Below are positions 8,973 through 17,849 of a stretch of 58,207 nt of DNA, in pieces; positions within the stretch are counted from its first letter, which is position 1; each line of letters begins with the position of its first letter. The position numbers and the translations under genes are program-made. This DNA comes from an uncultured bacterium (GTDB lineage: Bacteria > Fidelibacterota > Marinisomatia > Marinisomatales > AB-629-J13). Location: NCBI GenBank assembly GCA_964606925.1, contig CAZSIH010000002.1, positions 1-58,207 on the forward strand, written 5' to 3'. A model generated the notes under the pieces. The model was not told the origin of the DNA. It did not search any database and worked only from the letters and a program-made list of their open reading frames with translations.

Positions 8973-10126
8973 TTTTTATATAATGGTGAAAATGATTTGT
9001 CACGCAATTCTTTATCTTTACTTAAACATTGATCAACGAAAGCCAGCATTTCCGGATCATCCTTTATTTTTCGACTCATAGGAATCAAATCAAATTGAAT
9101 CTTGTTTGAAGCATGTGCAATATTGGTATTTGCTTCCTCTAATTGTTTTTCCAATGTTACAATTTGACGATAAACTGCTTGATTGTCAGCATACAAATCT
9201 TTTAGAGGTGTATCAGGATCTTTCTTTTGGTAATTTGCCAGTCTTCGTTCAGAATTTTCACTGAGTTTATTGTAATAACTAATATCCACAAAAGGTGAGT
9301 CAATATGAGAAATATCCAATTCCAGAAATGCCATATATTTTCCCTGTTTTCCGGGAATAAAAAGCGGTGGACGATCTTTTGGTTGAGGTTGTCCCTTCCG
9401 TGTTCTGGATATATCCCTGCTCATCACAATGTAATCCGCATCCCTGAACTCATCCTGTAAATCCTGTTTTTCTTTTCGATCAGCATTAACCAGCATAACA
9501 ACTAAATCAGCTTTTTTACGAATTTCTTTAATGTACTTTTTCCCCGATTCGTAAATATCTTCCATTTCAATAGTTTTGTTCCCATCCAGCAGAAGACTCG
9601 TGAGTCCTATGACACCAATCCTGAATGGTTCACGGTCAACAATCACATACGGTTCAGCAAATAATTTTCCCGTAGATTTAACACGAAGATTTGCGGAAAT
9701 AAATGGAATATCCGTTGCATCCATTATGCTCCGCAAAAAATCAACTCCTCCGGCAAGTTCATATCCTCCGATATTGATGGCAGCACATCCAATTTCCTCA
9801 TATCCCTTGATGATATTTCTCGCTTTATATTCATCGGCAGACCGAGTGTTATCCAATACCAGTGACGATGTGAACAACACCTCTCCCGCATCCAGAATGA
9901 TCGGATCTTTCCCTTTCTCCCTTATCTCATCCACATATGTTAATTTTCTTGACAGACCGCCAAGAGGATTTTTCTTTCAGCCACAGGGGTCGAGTTGAGC
10001 CCTGACATTAGCAGATAAGACAAATGACAAGGTTCCCGTAGGGTTTCGTTTTTCCTCACAGGAGAAAAGTAACCCTGAAACCACAAGAGTAAAGATCAAT
10101 CCGCTCTTTTTTTTCAATTGATTCAT
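8969..10126 (-). CDS. Putative selenocysteine-containing (Cys-Gly-Sec) lipoprotein on a degenerate 5'-nucleotidase/metallophosphoesterase-like fold; TGA 9977-9979 is read as Sec
   Basis: The frame of track ORF 8969..9934 stays open upstream to ATG 10124-10126 apart from one TGA at codon 50. The upstream part reads MNQLKKKSGLIFTLVVSGLLFSC (lipobox) ...LSANVRAQLDPCG-U-KKNPLGGLSRKL. A SECIS-like hairpin follows the TGA. The body (IILDAGEVLF, AINIGGYELAGG, IPFISANLRVKSTGKLF, RIGVIGLTS) aligns by eye with the UshA-type N-domain, but the metal ligands are replaced. Confidence 0.7.
9942..9979 (-). promoter_or_regulatory. Bacterial SECIS-like recoding hairpin immediately 3' of the in-frame UGA
   Basis: The RNA is UGA AAG AAA AAU CCU CUU GGC GGU CUG UCA AGA AAA UU. 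The upper stem UCUUGGC/GUCAAGA has 7 bp including one G-U, and the apical loop is GGUCU. The lower stem AAU/AUU lies across a CC/AA internal loop. With U of UGA as +1, the loop G and U fall at +23 and +24. Confidence 0.6.
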
Positions 10127-10151
10127 AATTTCCTTTTAATTATTTTTTCTA

Positions 10152-10475
10152 TTATCCACCGCTTAATTTAGCGTTATATCCATTTTCAATTAAAAATCGA
10201 TGTACTTGTTCCCTCACATTTCCCTGTATCATGATTTCACCTTTTTTCTCTGTTCCGCCCACATGGCATAAAGATCTTAATATTTTACCTAATTTTTTTA
10301 ATTCCATTTTCGGACCGTTAAACCCCCGCACTATGGTTGCTTTTTTCCCTCCCGGTTTGTTTTCCAGCCAAATCCTCAAATCCTGATTGGAATTAGACAC
10401 TTTTTTTTTCTTTTCAGTTCCCTCTAACGACATATTGCGGTCAGTGGAATAAACCAGTTTTGAATTCTCACTCAT
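10152..10475 (-). CDS. yciH: Translation initiation factor SUI1/eIF1 family protein (YciH)
   Basis: 107 aa. It contains GGKKATIVRGF...LKKLGKILRSLCHVGGTEKKGEIMIQGNVREQV, which is typical of SUI1/YciH. Confidence 0.85.
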   Translation of the reverse strand: MSENSKLVYSTDRNMSLEGTEKKKKVSNSNQDLRIWLENKPGGKKATIVRGFNGPKMELKKLGKILRSLCHVGGTEKKGEIMIQGNVREQVHRFLIENGYNAKLSGG

Positions 10476-10516
10476 GTATCATTCGATAATTTTCTACTTT
10501 CATTAAAAGTAATCAG

Positions 10517-10589
10517 TGGAGCCGGACGGGATCGAACCGACGACCTCCTGAATGCCATTCAGGCGCTCTCCCAACTGAGCTACGGCCCC
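10517..10589 (-). tRNA. tRNA-Ala (anticodon GGC)
   Basis: The reverse complement is GGGGCCGTAGCTCAGTTGGGAGAGCGCCTGAATGGCATTCAGGAGGTCGTCGGTTCGATCCCGTCCGGCTCCA. The G3-U70 Ala identity pair is present and the anticodon loop is ATGGCAT. There is one U-U mismatch in the T-stem. Confidence 0.85.
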
Positions 10590-10657
10590 AGAATAATTTA
10601 TAGAATCTCTGAACAAGTCAATAGTTCACGAATAAACAAAAACAGGCATAAAAGTTA

Positions 10658-11128
10658 TTAGTGTTTTCTCGTCTCTATCAACCGATATTTTCTGGCGAAT
10701 ACTTTTGATCGAACTATCCAAGCTGTATCAAATCCCTGCTTGACTATACTTATTTTCATTTTTTCAGCTTCATTCCGGGTTACAAAATTTCCTATTCTTA
10801 CCTTGTAAACTGGTGCATCAAATGCAATGTAAACATCCTCATTCCATTTTTCTTCCAATACAGTTTTTATACTGTCAGCAGAACGGGAAAAACGGGTAGC
10901 GAACACCTGGACCCTGAATCCGTCCAATTCATGGAGAGACGTATCCAATAATGCAGAGTCAGCAATGGCTGGTTTATGTTTCATGAAAGAATGGTTAATT
11001 AGAGGCCATTTCGGTGGAATATCCTTCAGTTGGGACGGATCAAATTTTTCCTTTGATTGACAAATTATTGTGGATACAACCAATAACATCATGCTCCATT
11101 TCAATAAAATTGGTTCTGATCGTATCAT
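10658..11128 (-). CDS. SPOR (peptidoglycan-binding) domain protein
   Basis: The C-terminus FRVQVFATRFSRSADSIK...YKVRIGNFVTRNEAEKMKISIVKQGFDTAWIV has the SPOR pattern. I moved the start to ATG 11126-11128 (MIRSEPILLKWSMMLLV), which overlaps the batE stop as ATGA. Confidence 0.7.
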   Translation of the reverse strand: MIRSEPILLKWSMMLLVVSTIICQSKEKFDPSQLKDIPPKWPLINHSFMKHKPAIADSALLDTSLHELDGFRVQVFATRFSRSADSIKTVLEEKWNEDVYIAFDAPVYKVRIGNFVTRNEAEKMKISIVKQGFDTAWIVRSKVFARKYRLIETRKH

Positions 11129-11871
11129 AAAAACCTCAACTGATTGGTCTTGATCCACCCTTTTTTTCCGTCCAGTAATGATATTTCTATCCAATCTCCC
11201 TGGTCATGGTCAATGGAAACCTTTATCCCTTCGTGAATTTTGAATAAAACTGCATCACTTCGGACAAAAGGACCCGAAAAGGCTTTCACTTCATATTCAG
11301 TGATAATTCCTTCATTTCTTTCTGATATATCCCAATATTTATCCAAAAGAATACCATGTAGAATTAACGCTGAGAATAAAAATATTTGCAGGGGAATCCA
11401 ACTGATATCAATCCGGAGAACTTTGATCACAAGGTAATATATCGAGGATAACAGAATAAATAAAGCTGAAATGGATATAAATTGGGAAAAGGTCAATGAT
11501 GATTTTATAAATCGGTACCATTTGAGAATGAAAAGGGTTTCGGGGACATGAATCCTATCTTTTACGTGAGTATTTGCAAGGGCGAGATTGAATTTTGTAT
11601 CTCCATCCAGAGGATTTAATTCCATAGCTTTTTCATAAGCCCAAATTGAATGACCATAGCTTCCTGACCTGAAGTATGAATTTCCCAAATTATAATAAAG
11701 ATCTTCATGAAAAAATCCCTGATTTAAAATCGTTTCGAACATCACAACTGCTTTTTCATTCCTCCCTCCCTCCAAATAAGAACTGCCCTGCATAAATAAT
11801 GAATCTGCATTTTGGCTCCATCCTAAGGATATGACTAAAAAAATGATAAATTTATTTGCCATATTTATCAA
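11125..11871 (-). CDS. batE: BatE-like protein (TPR repeats plus C-terminal SH3b-like domain)
   Basis: It has TPR-like repeats (YYNLGNSYFRSGSYGHSIWAYEKAMELNP), transmembrane segments and a C-terminal GDWIEISLLDGKKGWIKTNQL. It lies at the end of the bat operon. Confidence 0.65.
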   Translation of the reverse strand: MINMANKFIIFLVISLGWSQNADSLFMQGSSYLEGGRNEKAVVMFETILNQGFFHEDLYYNLGNSYFRSGSYGHSIWAYEKAMELNPLDGDTKFNLALANTHVKDRIHVPETLFILKWYRFIKSSLTFSQFISISALFILLSSIYYLVIKVLRIDISWIPLQIFLFSALILHGILLDKYWDISERNEGIITEYEVKAFSGPFVRSDAVLFKIHEGIKVSIDHDQGDWIEISLLDGKKGWIKTNQLRFL

Positions 11872-13597
11872 TCTTCTTTAAAATAGAAATTGCGGAAGGG
11901 ATAATATCACTTTTAATTTCTGCCGTTTGGGGAGAAAAACGACCTGCATCGCATCGGTTTAATATTTGAATCAATTCGTTCATTTCTTGTTCGGGGATAT
12001 GATTTTTCAGGACATTCTGAACCATGGTTGGATCCAAATTATCAGTTTGGAGATAGAATTTTTCTTTTAAATAAGTATATAAAACGGAAGCACCCATTTC
12101 AAATTCATTCTTTCCGCTTTCTTGAAGGGAAATTATCGCTTTTTTAAGTGCTTTTTTTGATTTGCGTACATCCATACCCGCAAATTGTTTTCTCTGGTAC
12201 TTGTTTGCTATACCGGGAAAAATAAAACCGCAAACAGCTAAAGAATAAAATAAAACTGCCACAACAGGTAAACGATTATTCTGATTCCATTCGGGCACTG
12301 TTGTTCTGTGATATCGAATGTCCTTCCCCAGCAGTGCTACTTCCTGTTTTGTCAAACCCTCCGGAATTCCCATGGGAACAGACCCGGGAGAAACTGAAAT
12401 TTGAATGGAGTGTGCTTTCGCTCTTTTCCACGCAGCGGTCTTTGGATCAAAGAAAGGAAGTTCAACCCTGGGTAGATTGAATCTCCCGGTTTGACGGGGA
12501 ATCACCACATATTCCCATCGTAATGTGCCGGTGATCTCATCCCGAAATGAATCTTTATTTATTTCACTTACCGGCGGAAATACCTCCAAAGATTTTGGAA
12601 AGGATAATTCCGGTAAACTGAATAAGGAAAGATTTCCCGTTCCTTTCACTTCGATAAAAAAAGTGACCGCTTCATTCGCTTTTACCTTTTGAACATCTAC
12701 GGATGTCTTCACTGTATAATTCCCCACTGCTCCTGTAAAATCAGAAGGTTTTCCATCAGGGTATGGAAGTACATTAATTATTTTTGTTTCAGATTTTAAT
12801 GCTTTTCGAATCGTCTGTCTGGAAGAAAAAGAATCAAATACATCAAAAAAGGGATCTCGTCTTCGTGATTTCTTCTTTTCCACATAAACCTTGGAATTAA
12901 TCGTATAAGTATCCAACGGAATTTTTCCCGTTTTTGTCGGGAATAATGCTACTGTATACAATTTTGCTTTTTTATATCGTACTCCGTCATAGGTTACTTC
13001 CCGCATATTAATCTGTCTGGGAGAATACAAACTTTCAGTCCAAAACCCGACAAATTCAGGTAAATCAACACTCTCTATGGATAAATCCGTACGGGTGAAC
13101 AATTGATAGGTAACTGTAATCTGTTCTCCTAAATATGCTGTATTCTTATCCAAATCAACTCGAATAAAATGAGATTGGGCATCTCCGGTTTTTGAACTGA
13201 CAGGATTTTTGGAAACATGTATTTTTATCGGGTTTGTTTTGAGTTTAGATTTTCCTGAGGTTACTGTCAATGAAGGAACAACTAACGATCCTGTCTTCTT
13301 TGGCGATAGTGTCCATGACAATCCACGTGTTGATGTCATTTTTCCATTTACCCAAGAAATATTGGTTTGCTGGCTGGGACCATTTACTACTATAAAATTT
13401 TTCCTTAATGGCGATATATCTACCTGCGGAGAATCATTGCCGTCAATAGCTTCAATCTTTAATTCAAATACATCATCTAACGTTAATTTATTCCGGTCAA
13501 TCGTTGCATGTACCGTTAGCCCAAAAGCAAGGTGGACACCAAACACTAATGGTAGATATTTAAAAATATATTTCAAAGAATAAGTCAATGGTTTCAT
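11852..13597 (-). CDS. batD: BatD-like oxygen-tolerance protein
   Basis: 581 aa, with a signal peptide, a large extracytoplasmic region, a late transmembrane segment (VVAVLFYSLAVCGFIFPGI) and a cytoplasmic tail. Its position between batC and batE fits the call. Confidence 0.65.
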   Translation of the reverse strand: MKPLTYSLKYIFKYLPLVFGVHLAFGLTVHATIDRNKLTLDDVFELKIEAIDGNDSPQVDISPLRKNFIVVNGPSQQTNISWVNGKMTSTRGLSWTLSPKKTGSLVVPSLTVTSGKSKLKTNPIKIHVSKNPVSSKTGDAQSHFIRVDLDKNTAYLGEQITVTYQLFTRTDLSIESVDLPEFVGFWTESLYSPRQINMREVTYDGVRYKKAKLYTVALFPTKTGKIPLDTYTINSKVYVEKKKSRRRDPFFDVFDSFSSRQTIRKALKSETKIINVLPYPDGKPSDFTGAVGNYTVKTSVDVQKVKANEAVTFFIEVKGTGNLSLFSLPELSFPKSLEVFPPVSEINKDSFRDEITGTLRWEYVVIPRQTGRFNLPRVELPFFDPKTAAWKRAKAHSIQISVSPGSVPMGIPEGLTKQEVALLGKDIRYHRTTVPEWNQNNRLPVVAVLFYSLAVCGFIFPGIANKYQRKQFAGMDVRKSKKALKKAIISLQESGKNEFEMGASVLYTYLKEKFYLQTDNLDPTMVQNVLKNHIPEQEMNELIQILNRCDAGRFSPQTAEIKSDIIPSAISILKKIDKYGK

Positions 13598-13603
13598 AAA
13601 TGG

Positions 13604-14437
13604 TTACCAATCCTTTTCCATTTTTCTGGATTTCACTCTGTTCATTTGACGTCTTTTATTGATTTTTTCCTTGTCTTTCAACGCATTGAGAATGGCTTGC
13701 GCATTCATTTTATTCTTTAATGAATCTATTCTTTCTTCATTCTTTTCAGCAGGGTTTAGCTTAGACTGATTTTGTCCCTTGGGTTGGTTATTTTCATCTT
13801 CATTTCTGGAATTATTAGTGTTTTCGTCTCTTTTTTGTTCCTTATTTTTTTCTGTTTTTTCCTCTTTTTCAGATTGATTATTCTGGGATTCCTCATTTTT
13901 CTGTTTTTCTGAATGGTTTTCTTTTTTTTCTTTTTTCTGCTGATCATTTGATTGATTGTCCTGTTGATTTTTCTCGTCTTTGTCCTGAGAATCATCCCCT
14001 GATTGATTTTTTTTTGGGGATTGTTCCTGAATCATTCTTTGAACTAATTCATAATTCCACTTTGCTTCCGAATCTTCTTGGTTTAATTCAATTGATTTTT
14101 TGAAATGAGCAAGACTTTCTTCCAGTTTCTGTGAATGAAAATATAAATTCCCCAAATTATAATGAGCTTTGGATTGGAGTGATACATCCTCCGTTGATAA
14201 TGCTTGTTTAAAGGCTTCCTCCGCTGTTTGAATATCCTCAGTTTGAAAAGAAACCGCACCCAAACCAAATATTGCTTCTTTATTTTCAATTTGCTTTTTT
14301 AATACCGTTTCATAAAAATCAATTGCTTTTTCGTATTCCCCATTTTGAAATAATCGGACGCCTTTATCTTCAACAGCCATCACCTGTTCATTAAAAAGAA
14401 AACCAAGAAAAACGATAAATATCTTACTGATTTTCAA
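13604..14437 (-). CDS. batC: BatC-like TPR protein with a K/E/N/Q-rich low-complexity tail
   Basis: It has N-terminal TPR repeats (AHYNLGNLYFHSQKLEESLAHFKKSIELN) followed by about 120 aa of low complexity. Confidence 0.6.
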   Translation of the reverse strand: MKISKIFIVFLGFLFNEQVMAVEDKGVRLFQNGEYEKAIDFYETVLKKQIENKEAIFGLGAVSFQTEDIQTAEEAFKQALSTEDVSLQSKAHYNLGNLYFHSQKLEESLAHFKKSIELNQEDSEAKWNYELVQRMIQEQSPKKNQSGDDSQDKDEKNQQDNQSNDQQKKEKKENHSEKQKNEESQNNQSEKEEKTEKNKEQKRDENTNNSRNEDENNQPKGQNQSKLNPAEKNEERIDSLKNKMNAQAILNALKDKEKINKRRQMNRVKSRKMEKDW

Positions 14438-14439
14438 TA

Positions 14440-15453
14440 TTATTTCTCCAAATCACTTGAGGTTTTTCTTTTTGTGGGAATAAAAAATGCAGCTAAAAAC
14501 ATGGATAATGCCATGACTCCAAATAGTTGAAATTGATCCTCATATTCAGAAAATTCATGAGTGCTGATGGTTTTTTTCTCCATCTGATTTATAGCTTGTG
14601 TGATCGTCTTATAATGCGCTGCACGATTATCAAATCGAACGTACACTCCATCACCTGCACGGGCAAGTTCCTGAAGAATCCCTTCATTCAATGTGGAAGT
14701 AATTAATTTTCCCTGACGATCTCTCTTGTACGAGGTATTCCCTGTTTTTTTATCAAATACGGGAATAAGTGATCCTGAAACGGATCCAACTCCCACTGTG
14801 TGGATGATAATCCCGGTTTGAGCTGCTTTTTCAGCAATTCCGATAGCTTCCCCCTCATGATCTTCCCCATCTGTGATCAAAATTAATACTTTGAATTTTT
14901 CACTTTCATCTGAGAAAGCTGAAAGTCCCGAATTAAGAGCAGAACTGATAACGGTTCCCTGGGTGGGAATCATTTCCGTATCTATTTGGTCTAAAAATAA
15001 ATTAGCTGCTTCGTAATCAGAAGTAAGGGGTAAATAAAGGTGGCTGGCTCCTGCAAAAACGATGATTCCAACCCGGTCTCCTTTGAGCTGCCGAATGATT
15101 TGGGATATCTCAAATTTTGCTTTTTCAAGGCGATTCGGTTTTACATCTTCTGCATTCATACTGACGGAAACATCCACTGCAAATATTAAATCAACTCCTT
15201 TTCGCTCCACCGGTTTCACTTGGGTACCGATCTGAATTCCGGAAGCAGAGATTATTAAAAACAGGAGTCCGATGACACGAAATCGGTTTTTCCAATTCGT
15301 TTTTTTAAAGTCCACATATTGGAATAAATGATCTTTTAAATGGGTATGCTGGATGTGCAGTAAATTTGAAATAGAATTCCTTTTTTTACTAAAAACCAGA
15401 ATAATTCCCAATATAATCAATAAGAAAAAAACAATGGGGTAACGAATGTCCAT
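14440..15453 (-). CDS. batB: BatB-like von Willebrand factor A domain membrane protein
   Basis: DLIFAVDVSVSMNAED is a VWA MIDAS motif (DxSxS), and ILITDGEDHEG is also present. There are N- and C-terminal transmembrane segments. Confidence 0.8.
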   Translation of the reverse strand: MDIRYPIVFFLLIILGIILVFSKKRNSISNLLHIQHTHLKDHLFQYVDFKKTNWKNRFRVIGLLFLIISASGIQIGTQVKPVERKGVDLIFAVDVSVSMNAEDVKPNRLEKAKFEISQIIRQLKGDRVGIIVFAGASHLYLPLTSDYEAANLFLDQIDTEMIPTQGTVISSALNSGLSAFSDESEKFKVLILITDGEDHEGEAIGIAEKAAQTGIIIHTVGVGSVSGSLIPVFDKKTGNTSYKRDRQGKLITSTLNEGILQELARAGDGVYVRFDNRAAHYKTITQAINQMEKKTISTHEFSEYEDQFQLFGVMALSMFLAAFFIPTKRKTSSDLEK

Positions 15454-16421
15454 TAAAATGACCTTTTAAACATGAATCTATCAAGGATTTCATGGAATAA
15501 TCCTATGAGCAATGCCGGGATAAGAAAAAATCCATATAATTCTCTGTACTTTGTATATTCCTTCACTTCAATTTCTGTCCTTTCCAACTGGTCAATTTCT
15601 GAATAAATATCTCTCAGGGATTCCTCATCTGTCGCACGGAAATATTGCCCCTTCGTTCGGATGGCAATTTCTTTAAGGGTTTCTTCATCAATTTCATTTT
15701 TAACGTATCCTTTATTTGATATAAACGTATTGGATTGATTTGTTCCGGCTCCGATCGTATAAATTTTTATATCAAATTCAGCGGCAATGTCCGCCGCTGT
15801 TAATGGATCAAGTTCGCCGGCGTTATTACTGCCGTCCGACAGCAGTACCATGACCTTGCTTTTTGCCGTACTTCCCCGAAGTCTGTTCACTGCATTAACA
15901 ATTGCCATGCCGATTGCAGTCCCGTCAAATTTTCTTTCTGCAACAGTCACTTCACTTAATAATTTCCCTATGACTTCCGTATCAACTGTAAGGGGACATT
16001 GAATGAATGTTTCCCCTGCAAAAACCAGTAATGCTATTCTGTCACCGGAACGACTTTCGATAAATTGCGCTGCTGTTTTCTTGACCGCTTCCAACCTGTT
16101 CGGTTTAAAATCTTCTGCCAGCATACTGCTGGAAATATCCAAGACCATCACAATATCAACCACATCCACTTTGGATTTCTCCAATGTGTCCACTTTTTGA
16201 GGTCTGGCAAGACCAAGAATGATCAGGAATAATAGAAGAGAACCTAAGACTTTTAAAATCAAATGTCTGTATTTTCCGCTGGTGATGAAAGGGTCAATTA
16301 ATAATTCTTTTGAAGAAATTTGTACGACACTTTCTTTCTTCTGACCATATTTTCGATACCAGAATTCTAATATCGGAATGAGAACTAAGGTGCATAAATA
16401 CCAGGGATTTGCAAATTTCAT
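15453..16421 (-). CDS. batA: BatA-like von Willebrand factor A domain membrane protein
   Basis: It starts MKFANPWYL and carries DIVMVLDISSSMLAEDFKPNRLEA (MIDAS) and VLLSDGSNNAG. Confidence 0.8.
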   Translation of the reverse strand: MKFANPWYLCTLVLIPILEFWYRKYGQKKESVVQISSKELLIDPFITSGKYRHLILKVLGSLLLFLIILGLARPQKVDTLEKSKVDVVDIVMVLDISSSMLAEDFKPNRLEAVKKTAAQFIESRSGDRIALLVFAGETFIQCPLTVDTEVIGKLLSEVTVAERKFDGTAIGMAIVNAVNRLRGSTAKSKVMVLLSDGSNNAGELDPLTAADIAAEFDIKIYTIGAGTNQSNTFISNKGYVKNEIDEETLKEIAIRTKGQYFRATDEESLRDIYSEIDQLERTEIEVKEYTKYRELYGFFLIPALLIGLFHEILDRFMFKRSF

Positions 16422-16494
16422 GTCAGGAAGTTATATGTTAAAAAAGTTAAGTTATATTAATGAACACCTGATCCATCAATATAAACAAAGTATG

Positions 16495-16731
16495 TTAATC
16501 AGACGATGGACTTTTTTCCTTTTCACTTTCTGAATTGGGGTCCCCATCAGTTGTAGCATCTTCGATTTCCTGCTTGGCATTACTCATAGCGCTTTTAAAT
16601 TCTTTGATTCCCTGTCCTAATCCCTTTGCAAGTTCAGGAAGCCGTTTTGCTCCAAACAGCAGCAAAACCACCAATAAAATGAGGATGATTTCCCAGGGTC
16701 CGAGATTAAACATTGCTTGTACTGTATTCAT
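16495..16731 (-). CDS. tatA: Twin-arginine translocase subunit TatA/E
   Basis: It contains [42 protein letters not shown]. The real start may be the internal ATG at 16713. Confidence 0.85.
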   Translation of the reverse strand: MNTVQAMFNLGPWEIILILLVVLLLFGAKRLPELAKGLGQGIKEFKSAMSNAKQEIEDATTDGDPNSESEKEKSPSSD

Positions 16732-16789
16732 GAGACATACCTGCTCCTTTAAATTATTGCTTCATTTTTAATAATATTTCTGATTCCCA

Positions 16790-17077
16790 TTATCGGAAAT
16801 ACCGTAAAAAATAATATGCGGTTGCCATACCGACCAAACCAATAAAATTCAGCGAAACTGTCAACCCAAACTTAAGAGTTAATACGATCAAATTCAGGAC
16901 AATTACTCCGGAATCAATACCTGCTAATCCAGCTAAATCTAAATGTATTCCGGTGAGAAAGAATTGTTTTACAACACCATCCGGCATCATCCAGCCAATG
17001 AACTCTCCTAAAACAGAGCCAATGACTGCACCGCTGAAAAGTACAATAAAAATGAATCCAAGTGTTCGTTTATTCAA
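16790..17077 (-). CDS. Small membrane protein, DUF4321-like
   Basis: 95 aa and hydrophobic. The pattern GAVIGSVLGEFIGWMMPDG...LDLAGL...LKFGL...NFIGLVGMATAYYFLRYF matches my recollection of DUF4321. Confidence 0.5.
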   Translation of the reverse strand: MNKRTLGFIFIVLFSGAVIGSVLGEFIGWMMPDGVVKQFFLTGIHLDLAGLAGIDSGVIVLNLIVLTLKFGLTVSLNFIGLVGMATAYYFLRYFR

Positions 17078-17849
17078 TGGGATCTGCCTGGTTTTTGAAA
17101 TCCTTAATTTCAGACGAAGTAAGTCTATTATTGATAACCCAATTCATGATATTATAAACAATATAACCCATCAGAAAAGGAAATAATATCAATCCCTTCC
17201 ATATGAGAAGAGAAAGAATTAAGATAGCAAGCCCAATCAATCTAAGGGAATTAATTTTTCCTTTTTTGAATGATAAAAGTGGGAGTTTATTGAATCGCAG
17301 CGGACTGATCATGAGAAAGCCAAGAATAACCATCAAAACAAGAATGACTCTTGGGTCTCCCATCGTCCCATTTAATTGGTAATGAAACAGCATAAATCCG
17401 TAAAGGGATAATGCATTCACCGGTGTAGGAAGTCCTGTAAAAAAAGCTTTTTCTTCTGAATAATCAATATTGAAACGTGCCAATCTTATTGTGCCGAACA
17501 TGAGTGGAATAAAACTGATGAGTCCGCCTAAAAGAGGATCTATCCCATGGACATAAACTGTATAGATCAATAATGATGGTGATGCACAAAATGAAATCGT
17601 ATCGGCAAAGGAATCAAACTCGGTGCCGAACCTTGAAGGAATATTTAACAGTCTAGCTATTTTACCGTCCACCGCATCAAAAGCGCCAGCAATTAGGATA
17701 ATCCATCCCGCATGAATCGGTTTTCCATTAATGAGTAATCCAATGGATAAAAATCCAAAAAACATGTTTATCACCGTTAACAAATTGGGTATTACCCTTT
17801 TGTTAAACCGTCTTCTTTTCAGGCGATGTGGTTTACGTTTTCGTCTCAT
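17070..17849 (-). CDS. pssA: CDP-diacylglycerol--serine O-phosphatidyltransferase
   Basis: DAVDGKIARLLNIPSRFGTEFDSFADTISF is the CDP-alcohol phosphatidyltransferase motif. The gene is adjacent to psd. Confidence 0.85.
   Translation of the reverse strand: MRRKRKPHRLKRRRFNKRVIPNLLTVINMFFGFLSIGLLINGKPIHAGWIILIAGAFDAVDGKIARLLNIPSRFGTEFDSFADTISFCASPSLLIYTVYVHGIDPLLGGLISFIPLMFGTIRLARFNIDYSEEKAFFTGLPTPVNALSLYGFMLFHYQLNGTMGDPRVILVLMVILGFLMISPLRFNKLPLLSFKKGKINSLRLIGLAILILSLLIWKGLILFPFLMGYIVYNIMNWVINNRLTSSEIKDFKNQADPIE

Noticed and set aside
9977-9979. The in-frame TGA could reflect an alternative genetic code (TGA=Trp or Gly, code 4/25) or a pseudogene.
   Set aside because: TGA clearly terminates many well-delimited genes here, such as the rhodanese, ftsQ and the ATGA-coupled junctions. 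The downstream hairpin, the Cys-Gly context and the presence of selA/selB fit Sec recoding better. A pseudogene is not fully excluded without homologue alignment.
13756-14289. Alternative-frame minus ORFs inside batC (13756..13995, 14083..14289).
   Set aside because: They are frame-shifted readings of the A-rich low-complexity region. The batC frame carries the TPR repeats and fits the operon.
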